Source of the DNA: Paraspadella gotoi
Lineage: Eukaryota > Animalia > Chaetognatha
Length of the DNA stretch: 61,863 bases
Reading direction: 5' to 3'
NCBI GenBank assembly: GCA_051294375.1
Contig: CM119267.1
Location: 4,335,019 to 4,396,881, forward strand
Positions 13,868-34,177 of the stretch are shown here, piece after piece (the stretch's first letter is position 1; every line of letters starts with the position of its first letter). The notes under the pieces are model-generated. The model searched no databases and had not been told where the DNA came from. It saw nothing but the letters and a program-made list of their open reading frames with translations. A program made the translations under genes and the position numbers.

Positions 13868-14801
13868 TCATTTGTTGTTGAACTTGATACTCTTTTGTTC
13901 GTAATCGATGACGAACTTTGCGAGTTTGACGAGTTCGGTGACGGAGTTGCTGAAGACGTCGTCGAAGTCGATGAGGCCGAAACGTCGGCGAAGGTCGGCG
14001 CTGCGTCGGCAGATCCGGAACACGTGCTCTTCCGTCTGAATAATTTCTTAGGTATATTATATCTATATATGTTTCAAACAATACAAGAGAAGTGGTCAAA
14101 ATGTTTAAAAAAATCTAGAAAAAAAACCTATTGATGCTGTTTTCCTCTAGAAACAACATTCTAAAAATATTGTCGGCTTAATATTAATTTCCTATTTTAT
14201 CCTTTTGTTAAAATAATATTTATATTTTGTTAAATTGTAAAACTATACAATTTTTGTGTGTATTTCTGACTCTTTTGCCCTAATCGTTTTTGCCCTAATT
14301 CTTGTAAACGAAAAAAAAACATATTAATAAATAATTTGATTATGCACACAAAACTCATAAAGAAACTATGCATCAAAACCCCTTCTTTTAGTAATACGTG
14401 AATACGTAAAATTAGGACAAAAAGTATTGATTACTGGTTAATTCATTATATATATTTTTTTTATTAAATTACCTATAATCGTTTTACCTCGGGAACGTTG
14501 CACAAGGCGCAGTATCCAGGAATGCCGGTCTTCCTGTAATTGTTGGCCACTTTCATTTGTCTCCCGCGCAAACGGACGATGGCGCGTTGGTACAGCCTGA
14601 ACCGGAAAAACCGAAAATCTCACTGTACGAGCGAATGATATCGCATTCGGAGTTCAAGTTGAGGAAATTTCTCAAATTTCTTTTCTCGCGTGATTTTTAT
14701 TAAATAAATATTAAATTCATGAATGAATCGAGTTATGAATATGATTACCTGGGAAGTTTAATTATATTATCCGTTGTCGAAATTTCTTCTGCGTTCGACA
14801 T
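13868..14801 (-). CDS. Three-exon gene, complement(join(13868..14035,14488..14596,14749..14801)), encoding a 109-aa CCHC zinc-knuckle protein resembling the C-terminal domain of non-LTR retrotransposon ORF2
   Basis: aaaATG at 14801. Donor AG|gtaatc at 14749/14748 and acceptor ttcag| at 14597/14596 (152-nt intron, phase 2). Donor GAG|gtaaaa at 14488/14487 and acceptor ttcag| at 14036/14035 (452-nt intron, phase 0). TGA at 13870-13868; AATAAA at 13704-13699. Spliced product: MSNAEEISTTDNIIKLPRLYQRAIVRLRGRQMKVANNYRKTGIPGYCALCNVPETEEHVFRICRRSADLRRRFGLIDFDDVFSNSVTELVKLAKFVIDYEQKSIKFNNK. The C-x2-C-x7-H-x4-C motif forms only across the second splice junction. Additional upstream exons cannot be excluded. 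Confidence 0.75.
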
Positions 14802-15505
14802 TTTGAAGCCCCCCCCAAAAAAAAATCTTGAAAGGTTTTAAAGATCAAATTTTAGTTCGTTAAATATTTTTTTAGGGAATTCTCCAAAATTATTAAAAAC
14901 TAACGTACAAGTTATATAACATATAACAAAACACCACGAACGCAAACAGGAGTCGAAAAATGAAGAAAGAAAAAAATAGGATGGTTGCTTTGGACGTTTT
15001 CGTCGTCGTCGTCGTCGTCAATGTCATCGTCGTAAACATCGTCATCTGGGTCGTTTTTTAGACGTCGTCGTCGTCGTCGTCGTCGTCGTCCTCGTAATCT
15101 TTAATTGATAGAGGGACTATTTTTTTTTAAGTGTTGTTTTGTTGACTTTTTTTCCCCGAAAATTTATTTCGTTACTTTTCAATTTCGTCACATTTATGAC
15201 ATCTAGCGGTAAATTATTCTTCGTTTTTCAAAATTTCCCGCTCGAGCGAACTCGTGATTAAGATGAACCCTAAGGGCGTAAAAAGTGATGTTTATCGTAA
15301 TGGCTTGTTGATTAATGATCTGGGGGTTGTATTATTAGGACCTATTGTGTCAAATGATTAATTAGTTTTTTAATATTAATATCCTGATCATTGTATGTTT
15401 CCAAAGCGTCATTTGTCGATTCAAAAATTAGAGACTGCCTATCATAGTTTCTTGCCTCAAACATAAACATAAACAAGATCGAATTGCCTCTACGTTCTCT
15501 CTGTC

Positions 15506-15547
<42 letters not shown>

Positions 15548-15648
15548 CGTCGCCATGGGAACCACATCGGGAAAAATGGAGGGGAAAAATAGATTAAGAA
15601 AGTCTCCAGGTTATTCGATTAATTACTTTTATCTCATTCTATTTTTTT

Positions 15649-15652
<4 letters not shown>

Positions 15653-15740
<88 letters not shown>
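15653..15740. repeat. (CT)n microsatellite
   Basis: Pure dinucleotide run; one of dozens of GA/CT tracts in the window. Confidence 0.95.
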
Positions 15741-15743
<3 letters not shown>

Positions 15744-15855
15744 ATTTCTTTGTCTATTCGTATTCAGCCCCGCGGTCTCGCAGCTCACGATTACTTATCG
15801 CTTTAATCTCATTGGCGACGGGAAAACGACGGCGTTTGACGAGACGCTCGGCGCC

Positions 15856-15928
15856 GACTCTGCCGGCGCCGCCGACGCCGACTCTGCCGGCGCCGCCGTC
15901 GCGGACTCTGCCGGCGCCGCCGACGCCG
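15856..15928. repeat. 24-bp GC-rich tandem repeat (GACTCTGCCGGCGCCGCCGACGCC) x3
   Basis: Three near-identical units are visible. Confidence 0.8.
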
Positions 15929-16194
15929 CTTCTGTCCAACCAGAGCGTCCTCTATTTATTTCTGTCGTAATCGAACAAAAGACAAAAGTTTAGATTATTT
16001 CGCTTATCCCTAAAATAAAGTTAAAGATCGAAATAAAGAATAAAAAGGAAAATTTAAATTAAAATATAATTTGTGTGTAAATGATTAGAATTAAAGCGGG
16101 CTGATAAAGAAATAATGAAAGAGAAAATATTTGTATTTTTAATATTAGATAATTTATCGTCGTCGTCGTCGTCTTCATCATCATAATCAGCGTG

Positions 16195-16267
<73 letters not shown>

Positions 16268-16281
16268 ACATCATCATCATC
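16195..16281. repeat. (ATC)n microsatellite
   Basis: Pure trinucleotide run that produces the spurious poly-D/M/I ORFs. Confidence 0.95.
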
Positions 16282-17009
16282 GCCTTCAAATACTCTCTTC
16301 ATAAAAATCACTACTTTGTCATAGTCCGTTTATCTTGGGTTCCAAAAGACTGCGAAATTTTTGTTTTCATTCCTACGAAACAACACAATTTAGTGACGTT
16401 TAAAAATAATAATATTGTTTTCCCGAAAGGAGCCGACTGCTTGTCAACTTTTCGCCCGCAGGTTGAACTTTGCTCGTGACTTCGAACGAAGGAATAAAAC
16501 TAACCTAAAGACCTACTTCAATAGTAATAATCATTAAGAATTACGACCAAAAGTTATTATTATTATTATTATTATTAATTTATTATTACATCTTTTGAAC
16601 TAATCTGATCTCTAATTTGAAATCTCAACGACCGTCGAATTCTCAATGTTCTTCAGTCCCTAACTCTGACTCAGGTTGACCCTTTCCGTTTTAAATCGGG
16701 AATTCAGAACTGCTGGTTTACNNNNNNNNNNNNNNNNNNNNNNNNNNNNNNNNNNNNNNNNNNNNNNNNNNNNNNNNNNNNNNNNNNNNNNNNNNNNNNN
16801 NNNNNNNNNNNNNNNNNNNNNNNNNNNNNNNNNNNNNNNNNNNNNNNNNNNNNNNNNNNNNNNNNNNNNNNNNNNNNNNNNNNNNNNNNNNNNNNNNNNN
16901 NNNNNNNNNNCCAACGATGAACCAGATTCGTGAAGCTGCAATGTCGTCGTCGTCCTCATCGTCGTGATCACGGTCACGTCGTCGAACTGTTGGGACTGAG
17001 TCGCATGCG

Positions 17010-17125
17010 TCAAATCGACAACGTCTTGGAGACGCCGCATTTTCGGAAGATGAACTGGAGGAAGATGACGGCGCGGTTGAGGTCGACCGGCAGGAGTCGC
17101 TTTCGTCGCTGTTGATTTCGAATTT
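17010..17125 (-). CDS. Possible terminal coding exon of an unidentified gene (IRNQQRRKRLLPVDLNRAVIFLQFIFRKCGVSKTLSI*)
   Basis: Long pyrimidine tract plus AG at 17127-17126, strong C-ending codon bias, and an IQ-like LQxxFRK motif. No upstream exons were identified (gaps nearby). Confidence 0.25.
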
Positions 17126-17233
17126 CTTGGAAATGGAAAGAGAAAGAGAGAGAGAGAGAAGTTTGGGGATGAGAGGCGGAGAAATCCGTTGCATACGCGG
17201 AGTGGAGGAGTGGAAGGGAGGGAGAGGGGTGGT

Positions 17234-17373
<140 letters not shown>

Positions 17374-17504
17374 CGCACGCAGCGAATCAAAAAATAAAAT
17401 TCAAGAACGAAATTCAAAATGAAAATTAAATGGAAATGAATCGGTTTCTCAAGGACTCGAAGAATTATCTTCTTTTCTCTTCTCTTCTGGGTTTCGCTCA
17501 CAGA

Positions 17505-17542
<38 letters not shown>

Positions 17543-18732
17543 TTCTAAATGGAAGAAACTCCTTCGCCGGGATGGGAGAGGGAGAAGGAAAGGGTGAGAG
17601 GAAAGAAGATAGATAAGAAGGAAAGATAGAGAGGTAAGGTAAGAAAAGGGAGAGAGTGGCATGAAAAAAGAGAAGAAAGGGAGAGAGGAAAGGATAGAGG
17701 TAAGAGAGGAGGACAAAGAGGAAAACCAAGGAGTGGGAGGGAGAAATAAAAGAGAGAGAGATAAGGGAGATAGGAAAGGAAGCAGGTAAGTAGAGAAAGA
17801 TGTAGGAAGATAGAAGAAAAGAAATATAAATAACGGATGATAAAAATTGAGGAAAGAAGTGGGAGAAAAGAAAAAAAAAAGAATTAAGTAGAGACATGAA
17901 AGATGGAATGAGAAAAAGGAAGAAAGGGAAGAAGGAAAATGGAGAATAAATTCGTGAGGAGATGAATTTATGATCATTGATCAAATTCAATGAAAACTCC
18001 GAGTCGTGGAACCAAAGAAAGTTCGTCTTGAAGGAAAGAGAAACTTCACGGTTGAATCTTTATGGACTCCAGGTTTCTAATTTTGGTTCAGCTTCATTCT
18101 CTATCCACGACATGTGTTACAATATCCTCAACTTCATGAGAGAGAGAGANNNNNNNNNNNNNNNNNNNNNNNNNNNNNNNNNNNNNNNNNNNNNNNNNNN
18201 NNNNNNNNNNNNNNNNNNNNNNNNNNNNNNNNNNNNNNNNNNNNNNNNNNNNNNNNNNNNNNNNNNNNNNNNNNNNNNNNNNNNNNNNNNNNNNNNNNNN
18301 NNNNNNNNNNATCAACAAAATTTGCATTTTTCGAAGCCGGCCCGGCACAAAAGCCCGTCTGGCACAAAAGCCTCAGTTGGAAGGAAAAGGAATTTCGCTT
18401 CTCAATCGATTTGTTATTCATAGCGAAAGTGAGACTGCTGGATGCGGCGGTTGTAAGGCGGCGGCTGGAGCGGCGGGTGGATCGGGCGGCTGGAGCGGAA
18501 TGCTTGGAGCGGCGGAAGCGAAGTCGCTATGAATAATGTTTCTGGCCAATTTTGCCAAAAAAAAAAAAAGACGTCTTTTGGATGGAAAGCCATTTAGGTT
18601 TGTTTCAAAGTTTTTTGCAAACTAAAAAACCGTAAAACGTGTGTACTGGGTTGAATCAGAATTATAGTTTATAATTAGTTGGTTAAATCCAAAGTTTCAT
18701 AAATGAAAAAATTGTTACATTAATTATGAGAG

Positions 18733-18816
<84 letters not shown>

Positions 18817-19356
18817 GACCTGACTTAAATGTATATATTAAAAGGGTAAATTCGACATCGTTAAAAACTTTTGACACCTAATTAAAATTCTAAACAATAT
18901 TTTCCCCATAAATTTCACTTAATTTTACCTAACGTAATGGGCGACCACTCAACCTCATCATGCGTCCCCATCACCCACGCTACTTCGATGACTCAATACA
19001 AGCAAGCAAGCAGTCATATCCGTCGACAATCATTTAAAATCGCCAACTAGCACTAAAACTTTTTGTGCTTGGGGCTCAATACAAGCAACTAAATATGATG
19101 TATTACGTTTAATCTATCGAGAGCGAATTCACGCCCACAATTTCGAATGAACACCCAGAAGCGTTCAGAAGCGCCCACAAGCGCCCACAAGCGCCCACCG
19201 ACACCTTCGACCCCTCGTTTCCGATTTTCGAATTAAATTTAATTTTCGATCCCCAGAGATTTTTGAGTTGAGGGCAAAAAAATGAAGCGAATTCTATTGA
19301 ATAAAAGATATGGAGGATAAAAAAAGTATTTAAAAGATAAAAACGCGGAACGAGTC

Positions 19357-19429
<73 letters not shown>

Positions 19430-19546
19430 CATCTCTCTTTTTCACCTCTCTTTCGAAATCTGAAAACGATCTTTCTCGTTTTCGAACTCATTTCAAAAAT
19501 GAAGGGAAATAAAAGGAGGAAATAAATACTTTACGATGGCCCAGGC

Positions 19547-19578
<32 letters not shown>

Positions 19579-19616
19579 CGAAGGAGATGATGATTTTGAC
19601 GACGACGGGAATTAAA

Positions 19617-19650
<34 letters not shown>

Positions 19651-21660
19651 TAAAGTTTTCGAATTAATCGTAAAATTGCCTCATCATTTCAATTGTAAAT
19701 ATTTCCAGACAGATTAATTCATTTCGGCGAATTGAGGGGCAAGTGAAACAAAATGACTGAAATTAAAATTGAGATTTAAATTTTAAAATTAAAATAACAT
19801 TTTAAAATTAAAATTAAAATAACATTTTAAAATTAAAATTCAGATTTAAATTTTGCGATTTGCGTGAAGCTTTCGCAATGACAATATGCAGAGTTTATTA
19901 GGTAAATCATATTACCATAAACTGTATTTCTAATGTTTTTTGAAAAGCATAATTATAATCCTTAAATTTCAAGAAGAAATGGATAAATATTCAGGTTTCT
20001 CATATCAGTTAAAAATGTGACCCTTTTTTACGTATTGACTACTGACAAGTCATTTGACGATCTGTTCCTCTTGACAATTCTGACAAAAAAAGGGATTCTT
20101 TAATAGTTATGACAAAGACATACAAATACAAGGGCTAAGAAAGTTTTTTAGTCATGTCATGCCATGTCATATGCGATCAAAGGGAAATACACATGAAAAT
20201 AAAGTCACTGCGGCGCAACACATTGAAATCACCGTTCTTATTTCACAATATCATAAAAATCGAAAAACTTAGATTGAGTTGACTCAAAAAAGTCCTCACT
20301 CTGGGCAAAGGTGATAGACGATCAATCTTTGAGAGGCTGCATCCAGAATGTTGTTTAAAGAGGGGATAAAGGGAGAGGAGAGGAGAGAAGGGGGAAAAGG
20401 AGAGCTTATTTGAGGGTAGAGGTCAGCACTGACTGAGGTTAGCTTTGTCTGGTTGTTTGCTCGAGCCTCCTGTCTCTCTTGCCTTAAGATAGGACGTTTT
20501 GTGGATAAGTTGGCCGAAGGGTGCTAGACGCAACTTCTTTAACCACCTCTACCCGCCATGGAACGGGTCCTGGGCTTGGAACCTGGCTTGAGGGTATTCC
20601 GCGCCCCCAAGGCGGTTTACGGCAGTCCTCACGCTTCCCGCAGTATAGGTTCCACTGGGGATCGATCCAGGTACCTAATGGTCATGAACTGAGCTTATTG
20701 CAATGCCCGATTACAGTTTTCGCTATCACCGCAAGTTTTGAGAGACTTTGCGCAAGTTTTAACTTCTACATATCATAGAGATTCAATATTAATTCAAGAA
20801 CATCTCTCTCTCATTTCTCTCTATATCCTACTTCCTTTCCCTCAACCTTTATACAATAAATAAAATAGGATCTAGAATATAATTTTTTCTCTCTCTTTCC
20901 TTTTTTTTTCTGTCGGGACCTTTGGTAATTAGGATTGGCAAAGGTTACACATCCTCCCCGCAACTCAGAAATCCATTTCTTTGCAAATCCGTCTCCCAAG
21001 ACGTTCAGTTGAGAAGTGAAGTAAAGGAAGTGCATTTAGAATTCATAAGTGGGGTAAGGTTTTTTTTGTGAAGAGGAGGAGGAGGAGGAGGAGGAGGAGG
21101 AGGAGAGAGGAAGAGGAAAGGTGGGAAGAAAGGAAGGAAGAGGAAAGGGGGGAAGAAGGAAAGGAAGAAAAGGGAAAAGGAATGAAGAAAAGAAAGAATA
21201 GGAAGAGGAGAAAAGTAAAGAAAAAAGAGGAGAAAAAGAAAAGAAAAAAGAGGAGACAAAGAAAAGTCTGACGTCGAAAGCTGCCTTTTTTCCCCTTTTT
21301 CGGGCGGACCATGGAAAGAAAAAAGCTTTAGTCTGTCAGGCGCAACGAATGCTTAACAATTTAAATATTAATAGATTTTCAATGAATTTATATTTNNNNN
21401 NNNNNNNNNNNNNNNNNNNNNNNNNNNNNNNNNNNNNNNNNNNNNNNNNNNNNNNNNNNNNNNNNNNNNNNNNNNNNNNNNNNNNNNNNNNNNNNNNNNN
21501 NNNNNNNNNNNNNNNNNNNNNNNNNNNNNNNNNNNNNNNNNNNNNNNNNNNNNNNNNNNNNNNNNNNNNNNNNNNNNNNNNNNNNNNNNNNNNNNNNNNN
21601 NNNNNNNNNNNNNNNNNNNNNNNNNNNNNNNNNNNNNNNNAGAAAGGACTTCATAAAATT

Positions 21661-22270
21661 CAAGATGGCGGATGGACGAAGAAAACAAAACAAAAGATAT
21701 TCGATTCTTTTTTTTAGATTTTTCTCTGTTTACGTTTGTTCACTGATTATCGTCGTCGTCTTCGTCGTCGTCGTTTTCATCGTCGTCGTCGATATCTCGT
21801 GAGATTTGACTAAATTTTGGCTAAAGTCGTAAAGAAGCGAATATTGTACCGAAACTGGTCAGAGCAAAAGNNNNNNNNNNNNNNNNNNNNNNNNNNNNNN
21901 NNNNNNNNNNNNNNNNNNNNNNNNNNNNNNNNNNNNNNNNNNNNNNNNNNNNNNNNNNNNNNNNNNNNNNNNNNNNNNNNNNNNNNNNNNNNNNNNNNNN
22001 NNNNNNNNNNNNNNNNNNNNNNNNNNNNNNNNNNNNNNNNNNNNNNNNNNNNNNNNNNNNNNNNNNNNNNNNNNNNNNNNNNNNNNNNNNNNNNNNNNNN
22101 NNNNNAAAAAAAAAGAAAGAAAGAGTCAGATAGACAAGTGGTTTTTTTTGTTCTGGTGCCAGCGACTGATTTGGTAAGCATGACTTGGGCAGCGCCTTCT
22201 CTTCGCCGTCGCCAGCTTTTTGGTCTCGACGTCACGTGATCGATAGTCACGTGACGTAGCGCGTCACGCG
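21661..22270. promoter_or_regulatory. Promoter-like motif cluster (YY1-like CAAGATGGCGG, tandem GTCACGTGA E-boxes, TGACGT half-sites)
   Basis: CAAGATGGCGG at 21661; GTCACGTGAT at 22231 and GTCACGTGAC at 22247 in a CpG-rich patch. No linked gene is visible because of flanking gaps. Confidence 0.3.
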
Positions 22271-23890
22271 TTGGCGTGTATGGCGTTGGCGTCTCGCGGT
22301 GGCGGGTTTTTAGTTTTCATGTTGACGTGACCTGGATTCTTTTTTTTTTTTTTAACGGCGCCATTCGGTCGATGTGGGCGTAGCCACTGGCCATTTGGTC
22401 AACAGGTGACGACGAAGAGATGAATATTAAATTTTTATATTTATTATTAAAATTCTTAAAATTAAACAAAATGAATTAAAATAAAAACCAATAACCTCCA
22501 AAATAGATTTATTTATTCGGGCAGAGATTTATATATTCGCCTTTGATTTGCATTTACAACATTGGTAGCTTTTTTTTCTTTCTTTTTTTTCGCGCCAAAG
22601 TGAAACACCGACGACGCCCGCAGTTTTCCATGAATACAAAGTCGCGAGCGCCACCTACAGACGGCAGAACTCGTTGCTATGGGCGGATTGAGCTGAGAGA
22701 GAGAGAGAGAGAGAGANNNNNNNNNNNNNNNNNNNNNNNNNNNNNNNNNNNNNNNNNNNNNNNNNNNNNNNNNNNNNNNNNNNNNNNNNNNNNNNNNNNN
22801 NNNNNNNNNNNNNNNNNNNNNNNNNNNNNNNNNNNNNNNNNNNNNNNNNNNNNNNNNNNNNNNNNNNNNNNNNNNNNNNNNNNNNNNNNNNNNNNNNNNN
22901 NNNNNNNNNNNNNNNNNNNNNNNNNNNNNNNNNNNNNNNNNNNNNNNNNNNNNNNNNNNNNNNNNNNNNNNNNNNNNNNNNNNNNNNNNNNNNNNNNNNN
23001 NNNNNNNNNNNNNNNNNNNNNNNNNNNNNNNNNNNNNNNNNNNNNNNNNNNNNNNNNNNNNNNNNNNNNNNNNNNNNNNNNNNNNNNNNNNNNNNNNNNN
23101 NNNNNNNNNNNNNNNNNNNNNNNNNNNNNNNNNNNNNNNNNNNNNNNNNNNNNNNNNNNNNNNNNNNNNNNNNNNNNNNNNNNNNNNNNNNNNNNNNNNN
23201 NNNNNNNNNNNNNNNNNNNNNNNNNNNNNNNNNNNNNNNNNNNNNNNNNNNNNNNNNNNNNNNNNNNNNNNNNNNNNNNNNNNNNNNNNNNNNNNNNNNN
23301 NNNNNNNTTTTTTTTCTCCATCTCTCTCTCTCTGCTCCGAAATGTTGGTGCAATGGGACCAACTTTGTAAGAGCAAAAGGAAGATAAATTCTGCCAACTT
23401 CTTCTTCAAAACTCATTTTTCTTTGTTCTCTTGTTTCAAAAATCTGAAAGGAAAATTAGATTGATGCAATTTTTACAGACAAGGGCGGCGGCTGCGGCGG
23501 TCGGGCGGCGGCGGTCGGGCGGCGGCTGCGGCGGCGGCGTCGGTGGTGACGGTGCGGACGAGAGGAATTCTTACCGGGTGAGGTAAGAGATAGGAGCTGA
23601 TTAGAAGCGCTAAGGTGGATTAAGGTGGGTCCCACTCTCGAGGTGGAGAGAATAAAGTTGGTTTTTTTCGCCACAGAGAAAAAAAAATCCATTTGTGAAA
23701 CAGCAAAAAAGGAAAAAAGAAAGAAAAAGGAAAAAAAAAAGGAAAAGGATTTTCTCGACTTCACTTTTCCAGCATCAATCATAATAAGAAGAAAGAAAGA
23801 AAACGAAAGAAAATTTCTTTTTTTTTTGAGAAATGAAACTAAATCCCAAATGTTTTTAATTTTTGTCTTCGGGGCGAAACAGAGGAGGAG

Positions 23891-23925
<35 letters not shown>

Positions 23926-24582
23926 AAAAACCGGAAGTAGGATTAATGACGTCACGCGTTCGAATCGTCGCTCGTTTTTTGTTTTTGTTTTACTTGAGAA
24001 ATGTTTCCTTTTTTGCTTTTTCGATTATTGAATTTATTTTTACATTTTTATTTTTTTTAATCCGTTGATTTTGATTTTTTGAACTTATAAGGTTGATTTA
24101 TTATATTTCTGCATACTCTAGACCACGTTAAGTTTCATAGCGTCATATATGTTGCTTTCTCCAAGTACCGTTAAAATGCTCATTTAACGGTAATTAGTAT
24201 TTCTCTTTCTGTGTTCGAATTTTCCGCAGTGAGAAATGCAGTGGATAAAGATAGTAGTCTTAAGCCCACTTAGCTCCTTATCTTATCTCCATTCACAAAA
24301 TACTTGTCGTCCAACCATCTGCAGTCTGCAATCTTCCGTTCCTTCAGTCTGCGTCCTTTCTCCCCATCCCCAGCCCCATCATCTCCCGATCACCATCAAC
24401 ATTATTTTTCCCTTTCTCTTTCTGAGTCGTTCATCGACCTTCTAGTCAGTTTATCTCTCCTTGTCTTCAACCAACCTCTTGATCTTTCTTCATCCTCTCT
24501 CTTTGTACCATGAATATACGTTATACAATTCATTCATTGGCCCCATTTTTTTCCATCTATCTTCCTTCATTCCTTTTGTAGC

Positions 24583-24792
24583 TCGTTCTTCCATTTTCGC
24601 CGTTCTTCCAACTTCTCCTTGTTCTTCCATTTTCGCCGTTCTTCCAACTTCTCCTGGTTCTTCCATTTTCGCCATTCTTCCAACTTCTCCTCGTTCTTCC
24701 ATTTTCGCCGTTCTTCCAACTTCTCCTCGTTCCTCCATTTTCGCCGTTCTTCCAACTTCTCCTCGTTCTTCCATTTTCGCTGTTCTTCCAAC
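24583..24792. repeat. 36-bp minisatellite (CGTTCTTCCATTTTCGCCGTTCTTCCAACTTCTCCT)n, ~6 copies
   Basis: Tandem units visible; each is built from two CGTTCTTCCA-containing subunits. Confidence 0.9.
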
Positions 24793-26232
24793 TACGATTC
24801 TTTATCACGACTTATTTTCTTCCTCCCTTTTCCTTTTTTCGAACTTCCTCCCTTTTTCCTCTCTCTTCTGCTTCCTTCCTGCCCCTCTTCCTTTATCCTC
24901 CCTATTCCTCCTCCTCCTCTCCCTTTCTTCCTTCCTTTCCTTTTTTTTCCTTTCTACTCCTTTTCTTCCTCTCCCTTTCTTCCTTCCTTTCCTTTTNNNN
25001 NNNNNNNNNNNNNNNNNNNNNNNNNNNNNNNNNNNNNNNNNNNNNNNNNNNNNNNNNNNNNNNNNNNNNNNNNNNNNNNNNNNNNNNNNNNNNNNNNNNN
25101 NNNNNNNNNNNNNNNNNNNNNNNNNNNNNNNNNNNTTTCCTCCTCTCCCTTTCTTCCTTCCTTTCCTTTTTTTTCTTTCTACTCCTTTTCCTCCTCTCCC
25201 TTTCTCCTTTCCTCTCTCTCGACTTCATCCCTCTATCCTCCGTCCTCGTTCCCATCTCTCCCTCTCTTCCCCTCCCTCCCTCTAACCCTTCCCCTCTTTC
25301 CCTCCCTCTCTCCCTCCCTTCCTCCCCTTCGCCTCGTTGTTTAGCAACTCTGTCAGGCCCTCATGTATCAGCCTCGGTCTCTTGACAACACAATTTTCCC
25401 GGCCCTATTTGTATTGTCGACATAAGCAGTAATTTTTTAAGGGTATTAATTTTTCGACGTTTGAGAGATTGTGTTTCTTCTCTTTTTCGACCCAAATGAG
25501 GAGTTTTCTGTTCACGCACGAACAACGCTTATAGTTGACACACGATCTTATTTAAATACTACTAACTATTAAGAACATTTAATAGTTAAATATGACGAAC
25601 CTTAACTCTGTAAAATGAGGTTAAATCAAGTGTTTTGCTGGTAAAAAGGCGTAGAATATGAACGATAAACGTGAATAAAGTAAGTTTTTTGAAGCGATTT
25701 CGGTCTTGGTTGTGAACAGTTCACGATGTGAACTGAGATTTTTTCCTCAAAAATTTTGCCCGATCGGTTTTCCCCTCTAACCCCAGCTTTCTAATCCGTG
25801 ACCTCTTCACAATCACAGCGCGATTTCACAATTCGCCCCGGACCTTTTTACTCGCCGTCTCGACCCGTCACAGCTTTTTTAAGACTCGCGAGTTCACCAT
25901 TAAACTAGAAAGTTGTTTGTTTATTTTCTTTTTATAATTATACTTGTCTACAAAATCTAAATATAAATAGAGCGAAAGCATTATGAGATAAATATACCTA
26001 GATTACATCAATTTAAATTTTATTCAACAAACAAATAACAAACACACAAAGCGAAACGAAGCAAACAAAGTAAAGCAAAATAACGAAAAATCGTGATATT
26101 TGTTTTTATTTTTAAAGAGAGGCCAAAAGAGAGGCCAACAACTGAGAAGACGCAGCATCGTTTCCGGTTTACGTTCGACTTTTTCGCCGAATCGGGATGT
26201 CCCCCCCNNNNNNNNNNNNNNNNNNNNNNNNN

Positions 26233-34177
<7,945 letters not shown>

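Noticed and set aside
13752-14099. 115-aa minus-strand ORF from the track (and 14438-14623)
   Set aside because: Wrong frames; the biologically coherent reading is the spliced CCHC frame overlapping them.
14597-14623. 27-nt GT-AG micro-intron as an alternative first intron of the CCHC gene
   Set aside because: Implausibly short; the AG|gtaatc donor at 14749 gives a normal intron, an ATG in good context and a better motif (KLPRLYQRAI).
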